Positions 63,801 to 64,000 of a DNA stretch of 64,000 nt are shown here, in pieces. How positions within the stretch are numbered: position 1 is the first letter of the stretch; every line of letters begins with the position of its first letter. This DNA comes from Lama guanicoe. Lineage: Eukaryota. Made by a program: the position numbers and the translations under genes. The notes below the pieces were generated by a model. That model worked only from the letters and a program-made list of their open reading frames with translations. It made no database searches and had not been told where the DNA came from. The stretch covers positions 3,192,123 through 3,256,122 of the forward strand of contig MU053557.1 of assembly GCA_013239625.1 (NCBI GenBank). Direction: 5' to 3'.

Positions 63801-64000
63801 AGAAAGGGAGCATGCTCAAAAAATTTTTGCATGAAGGTGTACCATCAGAAAAGCTTACAGACCACCACAGCAGTGACCATCTGGTCCAGCCCCTTCATTT
63901 TAGAAAAGAGGAAACTAAAACTCAGAAAAGAGATAACTTGCCTACAATTTAGATCTAGCTGGTTAAAGGAAGCTAATGCTTTATCCACTTGTCTTTTTTG

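Overview
Mammalian genomic DNA, most likely a camelid (alpaca, llama or camel), judged from five copies of a tRNA-Ala-derived SINE of the camelid vic-1 type and cetartiodactyl-style L1 3' ends. The only protein-coding sequence I can support is a 39-nt first coding exon on the minus strand (24835-24873, MSYQGKKNIPRIT, GCCGCCACC-ATG context, GTGAGT donor) inside a ~2 kb CpG island. It matches the first exon of the short isoform of DPYSL3 (CRMP4). Positions 1-24834 are its first intron; I did not find exon 2 in the window. Positions 25-64 kb are upstream of this promoter and are probably intron 1 of the long DPYSL3 isoform. The rest is interspersed repeat: SINEs, many L1 3' fragments, an old 5.5 kb L1MC-type element with its RT region deleted, a degenerate ERVL provirus remnant, LTRs, L2, MIR, DNA transposon fossils and small tandem repeats. 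There is one assembly gap with a probable false duplication. I see no evidence of a previously undescribed biological system; the findings are regulatory candidates and transposon history. Repeat family names come from remembered consensus sequences, not from a search, and most repeat boundaries are approximate.
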